A stretch of DNA of 64,000 nucleotides from Podarcis cretensis (lineage: Eukaryota): NCBI GenBank assembly GCA_951804945.1, contig OX638161.1:36580001-36644000 (forward strand), in the 5' to 3' direction. Both the position numbers and the translations under genes were made by a program. The notes below the pieces were generated by a model, which searched no databases, was not told the origin of the DNA, and saw only the letters and a program-made list of their open reading frames with translations. Numbering within the stretch: the stretch's first letter is position 1; the number at the start of each line of letters is the position of its first letter. Of this stretch, positions 1 to 12,034 are shown piece after piece.

Positions 1-204
1 TGATTATGAAAAGTATTTTTTCTCTTCATTCTTTTTCTTGTTTCTTTTATCTTTTATCTTTTGTCTTTCTTCTTTTCTAGTCTGCATTCTGGAAAATTGT
101 GTAGACAAAATGTTTTTATGTATGGTTATGTATTGTTCTATTTCTTTTTATTTGTTTTTTGGTAACATTTAATAAAATTTAATTAAAAAATGAAAAAATG
201 AAAG

Positions 205-440
205 AGGATTGTACAGATTCATGGAGGAGAGGGCTCTCAATGGCTATGATCCATGCTGTCTATTCTCTGCCTCCGCAGCTGGAGATAATAATGCTTCTGA
301 AAACCAGTTGCTGGAAACCACCATGTGGGAGTCCTCTCCTGTGCTTGTAGGTTTCCCACAAGGCATCTGGTTGGCCACTCTTGGGAGCAGAATGCTGGGT
401 TAGAGGAGCCATTGACCTGATCAAATGGGTTCTTAGTTTT
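205..440 (+). mobile_element. CR1-like LINE 3' end fragment
   Basis: ttcatggaggagagggctctcaatggctat...ggttggccact...agaatgctgggttagaggagccattgacctgatc resembles a squamate CR1-type 3' UTR; a similar copy lies at about 47600-47790. Confidence 0.5.
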
Positions 441-711
441 TAAAGTTGCCACAGGAAGGGGAAGACGCTTTGCTTACAGTTGCCACTTGCATCTCTCAGT
501 TGAGAGATGGAACATGAAGCAAAATATAGCTGTACCTAACTAGTGAGGGATCCCAGTATAATTGGGGGTTGGGGGGGGGTTCTCCAGACGTAACTGTGTG
601 GATCGCTCAATAAGCAGTCCCAGAACGGCTACTTCTCATGTTCAAATAGGGGGTCCCTGTGCATACAACTCAGCGAGATCTAATTCTGTTTTGTTTTTAA
701 TTCACTTCCAG

Positions 712-3700
712 GTTTGTTTGTGATGGACGAGGATTCTCCAAGCCAGGAATATGAGCCTTTCTTCGACTCTGATCTGGAGAGCACTGACGGTGAGCGGCAG
801 CTGAATCTCCCACTTTTTTTTTTAAGTCTCTTCACTCCCTCTGCCAGCTTCCCACAATGTACGTACTATGTTGACTGCAAATGTGGAAGAAGCCAAGATA
901 CTGCTGATTGCATTAGGTAAAGGGACCCCTGACCATTAGGACCAGTCGTGGCCGACTCTGGGGTTGCGGTGCTCACCTCGCTTTATTGGCCGAGGGAGCC
1001 GGCGTACAGCTTCCAGGTCATGTGGCCAGCATGACTGAGCCGCTTCTGGCGAACCAGAGCAGTGCACGGAAATGCCGTTTACCTTCCCGCCGGAGCGGTA
1101 CCTATTTATCTACTTGCACTTTGAGGTGCTTTCGAACTGCTAGGTTGGCAGGAGCTGGGACCAAACAACAGGAGCTCACCCCGTCACGGGGATTCGAACC
1201 ACCGACCCTCTGATCAGCAAGTCCTAGGCTCTGTGGTTTAACCCACAGCGCCACCCACGTCCCTGCTGATTGCATTAGGCCTGGATTCATTCAAGACTTT
1301 ATAGGTATCTTGAGGGAGCAACTTTTCCCACATCCCCTCTCTGTTTGTCAGGATCTTCCTTGTGGGGCATCAGAGAGGATCAGCAGTCAGAGAAGTGAAG
1401 TGGTGAGAGTGTACCAGAGAAACTTGGGTTTTAATCCCTGCTTGGCCCTGAAGCTCGCTGGGTGACCTTGGGCCAGGCTAGCCTACCTAACAAGGTGGTC
1501 TATGAGGATAAAAGAGGTGACCCTCCCCCAGTCCCCACACTTGCTGCTTTGAGCGGCTTGGAGGAAGGAAACAATAGATGTGAACAATGGGTACAAGGAG
1601 TAGGGCTCTGTTGCTTCATACATTCATTAACTTTTTTTATTCTACCAGGGTTTTGAAGGGAGGTGGCAGCAGAAGTTATGTGCATCCTAATGACAAACGA
1701 ATTGCCTTTCCCAGCCAAATGTCCCCATAGTCCTTTTGTTCTACCTCTAGCAAAGTCAAAGCAGATGTCTCTGGAAAGCTTGCAAGTGGGCAGACCACCT
1801 CCTGATAACTTGGCTCCAAATATCACATATCTCTTAAGATGTAGCACCCGGCAACAGACCTGGAGATACTGCCTTGGAACATGGAAGCTCCATGTTCATC
1901 TTACAAACTGTAAGGCAAGCCGGGAAGAGTCTGTCTAAAAAACCTTGCAAAATGGCTTTTAGAGATGCATCTAATTTTGCTGTCCCAGTGAGGTAGGGAA
2001 AAGAGATCAGCAAATATGTTGGGCTGTTCTGACAAGAGCCTCAGGCCATTGGGAACCACTTGATCTAGTAATTGCAAGAACTGGTGGGCAAAGGAAAGGA
2101 GTAACATTTAGGAGATTTTTTCTTGGTTGAACACTTCCGGAAGGGAGCCTGGCACTCTTTTGTTACTGCTAAATTTACAAAAGATAAGGGAGGCATCTCA
2201 GGGACTTTATACAGTAGAAAGGAGACATTTGCTTGAAATGTGCATGCCTGGCTTCCTCTAGTGGAGTTTCTCTTCAGGCCTCTCCCGGCCAAAACTGAAC
2301 CTACCTTCTCATGCTATGTGCATGCTATGTCAGCAAAAGCCGGAGGTTTCATGGGGTGCTGCAAAACAACATCACTCGTCTGTAAAAAAACATACAACCT
2401 TTTCATTGCAGTGTTGGGTCCTTAGCTGTTGTTGGACTACAACTCCCATCATCCCCAGCTAACAGGACCAGTGGTCAGGGATTATGGGAGTTGTAGTCCA
2501 ACAACAGCTGAGGATCCAAGTTTGAGAGGCACTGCCTTAGTGAGTTTTAGGAATTTGGAATAAATGGAAGCATAGTTCCTGTGAGAGTGATGTTATCCCT
2601 CCCTCCTGTAGCTAGGAGGATACTTTCTGATGGTTCATTTCTTTTTATTTCCTTCCTTCCTTCTGACCCATTTTTCTCCCCCCATTTCTCTCTCCCAGAT
2701 GGGAGTCTAAGTGAGGAGGCTCCTGGCCAGGCAGCCCCTCCACCCCTCAGCCATCAGTATGCCAAGTCCTTACCTGTCTCAGTGCCTATCTGGGGCTTCA
2801 AGGAGCAACGGCAAGAGATGCGATCCTCTGATGAAGAGAACAGCAAGGTGGGTAGGAACTGAGAATGTGTGTTAGAAAGGCAGATATATATTTTTTTTGG
2901 GGGGGGGTACACTCCAGAGCTCTCTCCCTTCCTTTTTAAGACAGGTGTGTAGGGTTCGGCTGGTGGGTAAGCTCCAGAAAAACACATCTTCCAGCAGGGT
3001 GGTAGGGTCGCTGCTGGAAAGATGCTGGGGCCACATTTGCAAAAAGTTCAACCCCCCCAGTTCCTACAGGTGTCACTGTAGCTTTTGTAAGTGGCTGGGG
3101 CTGCACATATCCTGTGGCTGCAGCTTGAATGCACAGAAACGAATGTCGATTGCGTTAAATCAGCAGGCAAGGAGTCTCAGCTTTACTTTGCTTTCTTTAA
3201 AAATCAAGTTCTTACGATTGCAAATATAGGCTTTGAATGTGTGTGGCCAGCGGGATAAAAGTCAGAAGTGAGCGAGGTGAGGCCTGTAAGTGCTCCACAG
3301 CCCTTTCGCCCTCCTCATGATTTTGGCAGACAATTGTGTGATGTGTACTTTACGCGGAAATCAGCAATGGTGTTTTTTTTAATGGTGCTTGAGCAAAGGA
3401 TAATGCCTGAGACCGGTTTGATGGAGAAGAGGGAGACTTAGGGGGCGGCCTGGGTGCTGGAGCCGCTTGCAACTAGTGTGAGCCAGAAAGCAAAGTAGGT
3501 GAAGGATCTCAAGGAAGGGGGTGTATCTTGGGTTACGAAAAAGGCCAAATGGCTTCCACTAGGAGTTGGCCATTTAGTGTCACTAGTCCCATGCTTTGGA
3601 ACACAAAAAACAACAAAAAACCCCTGTTAACTTTCAGGTGTTTCTGGAATACATTCTTATACCACCAGGCCTATATGGTGGCTTAAAGCATCCTTGATTG

Positions 3701-4181
3701 ACCTGTTATTTTTTAAATGGTGCTTAATTTTGTCATGCACTGCCCTGATGCCTTTATATTGTTCTGCGTTATAAGCATTGACAACAGAGAAGAAAAGAAA
3801 TACACCGAGTCTCAATTTGGAGTTGTATGTCTTAGAGTAGAATGCATAGACTTTGGAAGTTGGGTGGCAGAACCTCCAGACTCCCAGTGGGTGCTTCTGT
3901 CGAAAAGCTCTTCTAGGTAGAGATCTGAATTTAGATGTAGGATGGGAGTGATCTAGTTTTGGTGACTTACGTAATAATTTAAAACAAATAACGAAGACTT
4001 CTCCACCTGACTTACCCTCCCTTGCTCCTCAATACAGCATTCGTCCCCCGACCTGGAGAAAATTGCTGCCAGCATGCGAGCTCTGGTGCTGAGGGTGTCA
4101 GATGGCACAGAGATGTTTGGGGACCTGCCTCGGCCACGCCTCAACACGAGCGACTTCCAGAAACTACAGCGGAAATACTAA
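712..4181 (+). CDS. AKT1S1: Proline-rich AKT1 substrate 1 (PRAS40), last three coding exons; 5' part lies upstream of the window
   Basis: Exons 712-789, 2699-2847 and 4038-4181 (TAA 4179-4181), all AG/GT flanked with compatible phases. Translation (G)[32 protein letters not shown]...[16 protein letters not shown]...[27 protein letters not shown]...[21 protein letters not shown]. It contains the TOS motif FVMDE, the KSLP mTOR site and the RPRLNT Akt site. Confidence 0.97.
918..1263 (-). mobile_element. Sauria SINE, full length
   Basis: On the minus strand: head GGGACGTGGGTGGCGCTGTGGGTTAAACC with B-box GGTTCGAATCCC, the typical Sauria core and a TTTAC tail. 17-bp target-site duplication ctgctgattgcattagg at 901-917 and 1263-1279. 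Confidence 0.92.
1385..1570 (+). mobile_element. Degenerate tRNA-derived SINE (Squam3/MIR-like)
   Basis: gtggtgagagtg...gggttttaatccctgcttggccctgaagctcgctgggtgaccttgggccag...gtctatgaggataaaa; same family as the copy at 60309. Confidence 0.55.
2414..2520. mobile_element. Short palindromic MITE-like repeat (ggactacaactcccatc...gatgggagttgtagtcc family)
   Basis: Near-perfect inverted repeat agctgttgttggactacaactcccat / atgggagttgtagtccaacaacagct. Related copies at about 6270-6400, 23880-24000, 44390-44800, 48615-48720 and 55575-55670. Confidence 0.75.
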
Positions 4182-5148
4182 TGGATCTGGTGGCCCTTTG
4201 TCCTGCCCCTTCCTCTGTTTGTGCCCTTTTATTTCTCCCCCCCCCCACATTCAAATCGGTGGACAGGGTTGGAAGCTCCCCTCAAGCCATACAACTCGAA
4301 TTCCCACCCCTCTCTTTTCCCACCCTAACCTTCCTGAGCTCCCACAAGCTTTAAATTAAAGTGATGACCTCAATCTCCACACTACAGCTGGCGTGGAGGG
4401 TCCAATTGTCTCCTCTCCACGCCAGAAATTCTGTCCCACTTTCCCCTTCTATCCTATCTAATTGAAGAGGTACAGTTGTTGTTGTTTTTCTGAGAGGGGT
4501 CCCTGACACATAGAAGAGGGAAATGGAACACTACGGACGGATACTGACAACAAATACACCCCCATATCTGTTCTTGCCACCACCATCAACCCTTCCAGTC
4601 TACCCCAGCATCTGGCTGCGGTGGGTTCCCTTCCTTAGTTCCCCAAGCCCCCCCTTTTTTTCTTTCTTCCTCCCAAAATAAGTGTCTTAAAATATCCTTT
4701 GCACATAAGCTGGGTTTGTCTATACACTTGACCTAACTGACCCTTTGTAGAGCAGGGCAGCAGTGGTGGGGGAAGGAATCCTGTCGTTTTCTGCTTGCCC
4801 CACCTCCCCCTCCCCCACTTTCCCCATGCATAGCTCTCTCCCAATTTCCAGGAGCGGTACTTCAGGGTCCTTTTTTCCCTCTTGGGGGGAGGGGTGGTGC
4901 AAAAGTGAGGCTGCTCTCATGGCAGGCGGGATGTAAAAGCGGCTCTAGGAGTCACCTACACCCCTCCGTTTATCTTCCACCCACCCCCTCGCTGCCCCAG
5001 CATAATACTTTTGTATCAGATTTTTCAAGGGCGCTTTGTGGCCCTGGCCCTCTATTTTTGTCCAAAGATGATTGGTGAATTGGAAGGGAGAGGATGTATT
5101 TTTTTCTCCTTCCTGCAAACCTACAAGCCAATAATAATAATAATAATA

Positions 5149-5154
5149 ATTAAA
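5149..5154 (+). terminator. Candidate AKT1S1 polyadenylation signal (ATTAAA); alternative AATAAA at 5511-5516
   Basis: ATTAAA at the end of an (AAT)n run, followed by T/GT-rich sequence. Confidence 0.5.
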
Positions 5155-5542
5155 AAAAGCTGTCTTTTACCAACTCTTTTGCTGTATTGTCTGATTGACA
5201 GGAAGTGAGTTAGAAGGGGGGGGGGTTTACATCTCCAGAAAGGTGGTGGGATGGCAGGCCTTTGTGGAAGACCTCTTCCTGTACCACCGGCTACCTTCAT
5301 CCAGACCTGTGAGCGGAGCAAAACAGGAGGGGGAGAAACATGCCCCATTATATATTTTCCCTCTTCTGTTTATATCCCCCCTCCCTCAAAGGGGAGATCG
5401 CCTCATTCATAAAATCACTTGCCATTTGGGCTGATGGAGAGTTAGCAATGAAGAACTCTGAACAGCTGTCACTCTTCACCCCTAGCCCAAAATACAAATG
5501 TGCAGCAGGAAATAAATAGAGTGACTGAAAGGGATTAATTGC

Positions 5543-5548
5543 TTTATT
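5543..5548 (-). terminator. Candidate polyadenylation signal of the tetraspanin gene
   Basis: AATAAA on the minus strand about 415 nt past the tetraspanin stop codon. Confidence 0.55.
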
Positions 5549-5961
5549 GGTGCTTGGTATAGTTCTGTTATATACAAAAGCAACAAGATTGAAGGGCAAA
5601 GGGCGGGTAGGTGTCAGAATCACAATGTAAAATATAGGGGTGGGGTGGGGGATTATGTAGGCTAAGATGAAAGGAAATATAATCCCACTCTAGGCCTGAA
5701 AAGAGGTATGCACAATGAAAGATTTAGCAAAAAACGAGGTCCTTCAGAGGGAAGGAGGGGTATCTTCCTCTCCCAGCAGATATGGCAGGAGCCTAATGGC
5801 AGAAATGGTCTTTAGCAAAAGGCCTACGGCTCTCAAATAAGGAAGAAAGCGAAAGGGAGAGGAAGCAAGGGAAAGTGGGTGCCCTAAAGGAGCTAGGAAT
5901 CCCCTTGGTGCTGCTTCTGAGCCACAAAGACGGAGGCATGAAGAATGTACTCGGATGGGAC

Positions 5962-8900
5962 TCAGTCATAGTATTTCTCTGCCCGCCGCACCTGGCAGTA
6001 CATCAGCATGGAGAAAACGATGCCCAAGACCTGGAGAGACATAAATCAGGTCAGACTGACAACAAAAATTGGGGGCAGAAGAGTCCCAGCCCAGCATGTC
6101 ACTTCCTTACATTATTGGAATTAAGATGCTGCCTCCTGAACTCCCATCCTCGCTGCTGCCTCTAAAATGTAGGAATGCTGAGCATAAGGTCTCAGGTCCA
6201 ACCACCCGGGATCTCCAAGCAGGGCTGTCTAAAAGGCTGGAAAGCTGCTGCCTGTCCGTGTAGACCAGGTGTAGCCAATGGGCTGCCCTCTAGATATTTT
6301 GGACTACAATTCCCATCACCTGTGACCTCTGGCCATGCTGCCTGGGGCTGATGGGAGTTCTAGTCCACAACTTCTAAAAGGCCCCATATTGGCTAACTCT
6401 GCATAGACTCTATTAAATGAGCCAATATCCTGGCTTCAGGCTTCCCAGTCACCTGCTTCTTGGCCCATTTTGTACAAACTGGAGGTGGCAGGGGCAGCTT
6501 CTATGTGGTCTTTTCCCAGTCAGGAAACCATCCTCCTGGACAGTGTTCTCTCCTAAAGGGGGATGCCTTTTGAAAGCACAGATTGCACCAGTTTACGTGT
6601 TGCTTCCAATTTATTTATTTACTCCCTGTGGGACCATGGCCAGTGTTGGAAAGAATTCCTGCCCTGGCTGCATCCTATTCTGTGGTCCCCTGCAGACAAC
6701 CCCACCTTCTGTTCTTGTGTTGATGGTAATGGGTGGCACATGTGTTGTTGCACCAGAGCGGCCTCAGCAGTTACTCAGGTCAGGCGTGTCCCCTCCCATG
6801 GCTGTTCCTTCTTGCTCACCTGGACAACAATGATGCAGGCGGCAAAGATGCCCATGGCTGATATATTCTCTCCTAGCCAGCGTTTCACCTTCTCGTAACA
6901 GGGCTTTAGGGGAATAGAGCACAAAACAAACATGGTCACCAGAGAGCGCTGGCAAGAAGAGGCAGTGCCTCCGATCTGGGTTGATCACACTCCTGTGCAC
7001 CGAAAAAATGTCGTCTTCCATTTAATCTAATGTTTATTTAACATGCAAGCTGTTTCTAGTAGGAACTCTGGATCATTTGTTCCATTGTGGAACTGCGCTT
7101 GCCATCAATCAGTTGAATATTTGGGTTGAGTATTAAACTGAATAGTCAGCCCAAATCAGCTCCTATAACTTAAAGTCTCCCCCCTTCTTATCCACTGGGC
7201 TGAAGTGAACAAGCCTTTCTTCTGCAACAGGAACCTTTGCCAGCAGGAGAGCTGCATTTTCTTCTTGGCAACTGGCTGGGAGCTGCAGGCTAGGATGGGT
7301 GAAGGAATGAAAGTAAATTCTACCACTGTACAGTAACTAGACTGGTTTCTGCACAGTCACCCCTCTCTGTCCTCCATCCAGACAAGCAACAGGCATTAGG
7401 AGAGTTCAAGGACATACTACAGTCAGGCAAAAACACTCTAGATACGAAGCAGCACCAGTGAGGGATGAAGCTGAGGAAAATTTCAACAGACAGATAGGCC
7501 TGGCAGGCTGCATTTGACCCTGAATTTCCCTGCCTCTGCTTTATGTGACAGCACTTCTCCTCGAAGAGGGCTATTACACACACACACACACCCCTCTCAG
7601 TATAAACAGAATAAACATACCCGGTTCCTTCAACTTTTCTTCCCAGGATTATTTTCCATGCAGCGGGTCATCTTCAGTGCTCTTTTCTGAACCTGTTCTA
7701 ATTTGCCTATATTGTTAAAACTGCAGCAACCCAAGCTGGTAACTGGTCACACTAATAGGCTGACCGCCACTCTCCTTTTATGTAAGTCTTTTGAGAGTAA
7801 AATATATTGGGGAAGGGAGGAAGATAACTAAATAAAATTGGATGTATCCATACTACAGCCTGGACTAGGTGTTGTTGTTTCCCCCCCAATATATTTATAG
7901 CCTGCTTCTCATTAGCGACTTTTAAGTATAAACAACATGACGTTTTAAAAATCATAAAGCAGATATGCCATCCTGCTCAAAAAAAAGAGCAAGAAAATCT
8001 CACAGTTAAAAAGATGAGTTAAATTAACATGACAGCTTTGAGAAGCGGCATTAATGAAGCAAATCAAAGACATCGCTGCAGCCGTCACCAAAACTCAGTT
8101 GGGTTGAAACATCAAAAGAGGGGTGGTGGACTAGGATGCTTTCCTCAGGAAAAGCAATCCACAAAGGCCCTCTGTCTTATTGCATATTGCTAACAGCAAG
8201 AAGACACACAGAGTAGCTAGTCTTGAAATTTTGGGGGGCTTCATAAAAGTCATGTGCTGGTCTGTAGACCACCAAAGACTAGGAACCCCTTCCCCTTCTG
8301 GTTTCATCATTCCCTCCTTCCTGAGACAGCTTAAGATTTAATGCACAAAATGTTAAAAACAGAGAAGTCTCAGCACCTCCTTGAGTGACAGTTCTCAGGA
8401 TTCACTGGGATAAGCCATGAAGTTACAACAGCACACAAGTAATTTTGAGTGTGTTGTATAGTCAGAGTGGGAGGTGAGAACCTACGGTCAAAAGCCAGAA
8501 GCTGATACATTTGTCGCAGGACAGAGTGTCAAAGGCCCTCTCAACCTCAACAGCTCCGAGAAAGAGGTCTGCTGGAGGGATTTAGTGCAGGCCAGCCTTG
8601 GTAATCGGACCCTGCATTTAGCCATTTGCCACTTGCTCAGGACACAAGCATTCCTGGAGGGGGGGTCAGTGGACAACCCAATGTGGAACCCACAGCCGTA
8701 GGGGATTCTCTGTTCCTTGAGGGCAACTCCTGCTGCCGTCTCACCTCCTTCCACCAGCTGGCGCTGTCCACTTGGCAGATGTCACTTTGCTGCAAGCAGC
8801 AGGATTCCGGAACCCACGTTCTGTTGCGGACCTCAAACCAGTCTGTGTAGTTCTGCACCCCACAACAGCGAAACTGGGAAGCAAGGGGAGAAATCAGTCT

Positions 8901-11900
8901 CACACGGGGCGGGGGGGGGGGGCCTCTTCCAAAATGGGATGAGGATGCTTAAAGTGGGGAAAATCTCCCTGGCTGTTTCTTAGCTCTCAAAATTTGTTCC
9001 AGATGACCTGTTTGTGGGCAGATTAGATGGCAATGCATGATGCAAGCCCCATCACATACTTCCTACTACCTTTCCCCCACCTCTTTCTTGCAAAAAAATC
9101 CCAATCTATTAGGGAAGTGGGTTTGTTGCACAAGAACTCAAAATCAGCTTTAGTTGAGCAGCCTGGATTTGCTAGGATGTGGCTGATGACCATTTGGAAG
9201 TACTGTAAACTGTGTGTGTGTGTGTGTGTAACACTCACCTCATTCTGCACAACGTCCCATGCTCTGGTTAAGCCCACATTTCCCTCTGTCTCATACAGCT
9301 GAAGTCCTTCCTTTAGATTGGACTGGGCATATCTATCAAACTAGAGAAAGGACAAAATAAGCAGACCCAATGGACCACCAGCACTTGTGTGTGTGATGGT
9401 AAGAGTGATGCAGAGACTAGATTATGACTTCGACTTCATGGGGCAAGCACAGCCCTCATGGTGCTTATTCAAAGTTGGATGGAAACCCTGCCCTGCCATT
9501 TTTCTTCTGAACTTCTCCAAACTGGAGGAGTATCGGGAAACCCTCCGATGTTCAAGTTAGGGGTGGAGACTTTGCCAAGTAGTTCACTCCAACAGTCTGA
9601 AGTCCAGCCCCCACTCTTTTTTAAAACTCCCTTCTCTTTTCCCTCACTTCCTAATTCCGTGGGTTCCAGACCTCTTTCTGGAAGATACCACCCTAAATGA
9701 AATGGTGCAATATTCCAAATTCCAAGGACGAATTAAAACCTGCTATCTTAAGAAAGCATGTAACTCAAATAACTTTATCCACTATGCAACTGTTCCGTAT
9801 ACATGATACAAGCAAACTCAATGTCTGAGTGTGGCTCCTAATGTAGCCAAAAATGGCACCATCCATTAACAAGTGGGAAAGTATCAGCAGGCTTGGCAGA
9901 CCCCAAAGTTTGAAGAAGTATATGGGGTGTGGCGGGGAGGTGCAGGATGATGATTCATGAGGTCTATACAATGGGCTCTTTCCTCATTCCACAAGAATTG
10001 GGACAGGCTCATGGTTTGAATCAGTTTCCTCTCTGCATACACATCTGTTAAGAGCACGGGTGCTACAGGGAGCTGCCAGTATTATAATGGCATCTTTAAG
10101 TAAACTATCTTGTATCAGAGTGTGCACTCAGCAGTGGCAAGGGGCGGGGGCTGCACTGCAGGCCTGTGATGGCTGAATGTGGCCTGCAGACTGCAGGTTG
10201 CCCAAATGAACTGGATCTCACCATCCTCATTCTACATACGGGGTGAGGAAGGTCCTTACCTTGTCCCTACAGGTGACAAAAACCAGCAACCCAACCAGCT
10301 CCAGCAGGAAGAGGGTGGAGAGGACCAGGAAGAACTAGGGAAGAGATATACCCAAATCAGCAATTACAGGGAGAAGGAGAAAGCCTCATACAACACAGTT
10401 TTGTGTTTACAGATATGTGCATCTCTGAAAAAAGTGTGGCCCCACTTCCGCACTCCCCCCCCCCCCCGCTCCATACTTGATTGCATAGGATCACATACAT
10501 GCAATCAGGCCCTCTGGTTCAACTAACCCTGCAAGCCCTCCTTCCTCCCAGCCACCCACAGTTGAATGAATAGCACACGTTGCCGCCTCAAGCAGAGATC
10601 ACTGGCATGGCTGAAAGATACATGCGGAACCCACAGCTCTGCATCGCTCAAGCCAGCCAGCCAAGTCACAATCAGGAAGAAAAGTTGAAAACAACAACAT
10701 ATCTAAAGCAAGATGTCCCACAAGCGAAGGTATGTTACTGCTCCCAATAGTTTTATGCACAGAAAAATGCACCTCTTGGACCCCATCTTGTCCACAGCAT
10801 CTCAGAAATTCACTTTTCTGCTTCCTACTGATGACTGCACTCTGCCTATGCTCCAAAGCAGGGCTGAGCATTCTTGCATTTAACATAGGTTCTGTAGAGA
10901 AACTGTGCTTTGAATTAAGCCATTTCTCTGCCGGGCACCTTCTCCTACTGAAGATCTCATTAGACACCTCTGCACCAATTTAATCCGAATCTCTTACACT
11001 CACCCCCTCCCCAATGTAACACCCAGTGGAGAGATGCCTCTTACCGTCAGCAGGAGGCAGCGGTGCTCTGTGGCCGCCCCCAAGCATCCGAGGAAGCCCA
11101 CAACCATGATGATGGCTCCAGTCGCCATGAAAAGCCCCGCTGCCGACAGAGACGGGAACGAGAACGACAAGGTGGCAAAGCGGCCCTGGGTCACAGCCAG
11201 CCATACGCCCACGCCAAGCACCCCACAGCCGCCAAGCTACGGGGAGAGAAGGCAAGCTATATCACTGTTCGGGGACACATGCCAGGCATGTAGAATCACT
11301 AGAGGAGGGTGAAGATCAAGGCTAGTGAGGGGTGTGGCTTGGGCAGAGTCCTGAGGGTCAAGTAGAGAGGTCTGGAGAGATGTGCATGACCTGAGGTTCC
11401 CCACCTCTGATGGTACCACCTCCCCCCACCTCCATCCAGGATGCTGTTGTGGAAGAGATCATCGGCTGAGTCTCCACTCACCAGCCGCAAAAGCTCTCAG
11501 TTCAGCCCCTTCCCACAAACAAGACCTAGTTCCTCCTGACTCCCAATCCTGTGCCAAGTTTTTATTGGAACAAATAAAGCAGCTGTCAACATTCTGTTGC
11601 TGACACCCCCTTGCCCATTACAATGCCGATGAAACTTCTGTGACATCACAAGCGGTTCAACCAATAGTGGAGAGCGGGGTCTCTCAGGCAGTCTACAGGC
11701 AGATTTTTGGTTTGCTATAAAATGACAGCGTTTTAACACACAGATGCACTTTCCCTCTTGTTCATTCTTACAAACCTGTAGGGCAACTTGTTACTTATTT
11801 ATTAAAAGAGAAATGTCCTGCCGTGAATAACAGGCCCATAAGCCCTTCCCACTAATCCTGGGAGTCCCCAGGTCAGATGTAGACAGAAAGGCTATCCGAT

Positions 11901-12034
11901 GAAGATTTTTTTGACTTTCACACAACCTTGTCTGAGGGGAGGTGCACAGACCCAATGCAACTCACCCAGAAGATGAGGTTGAAGACGAACATCTTCACTT
12001 TAACGCACAGCAAGCAGCCGCGGCTGACCCCCAT
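5962..12034 (-). CDS. Tetraspanin-4-like protein (TSPAN4/TSPAN9/CD53 clade), 239 aa, complete; probably a paralog rather than the TSPAN4 ortholog
   Basis: Seven phase-0 coding exons: 12034-11966, 11236-11045, 10334-10260, 9340-9239, 8873-8745, 6903-6820 and 6030-5962 (TGA). Protein MGVSRGCLLCVKVKMFVFNLIFW/LGGCGVLGVGVWLAVTQGRFATLSFSFPSLSAA...GFLGCLGAATEHRCLLLT/FFLVLSTLFLLELVGLLVFVTCRDK/FDRYAQSNLKEGLQLYETEGNVGLTRAWDVVQNE/FRCCGVQNYTDWFEVRNRTWVPESCCLQQSDICQVDSASWWKE/PCYEKVKRWLGENISAMGIFAACIIVVQ/VLGIVFSMLMYCQVRRAEKYYD. Four TM segments, CCG and PxxCC motifs, six large-loop cysteines, NYT/NRT sequons, Kozak CCACCATGG. Confidence 0.95.

Noticed and set aside
2414-2520. Long hairpin as a miRNA precursor
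   Set aside because: Member of a multi-copy palindromic MITE-like family seen many times in this window.
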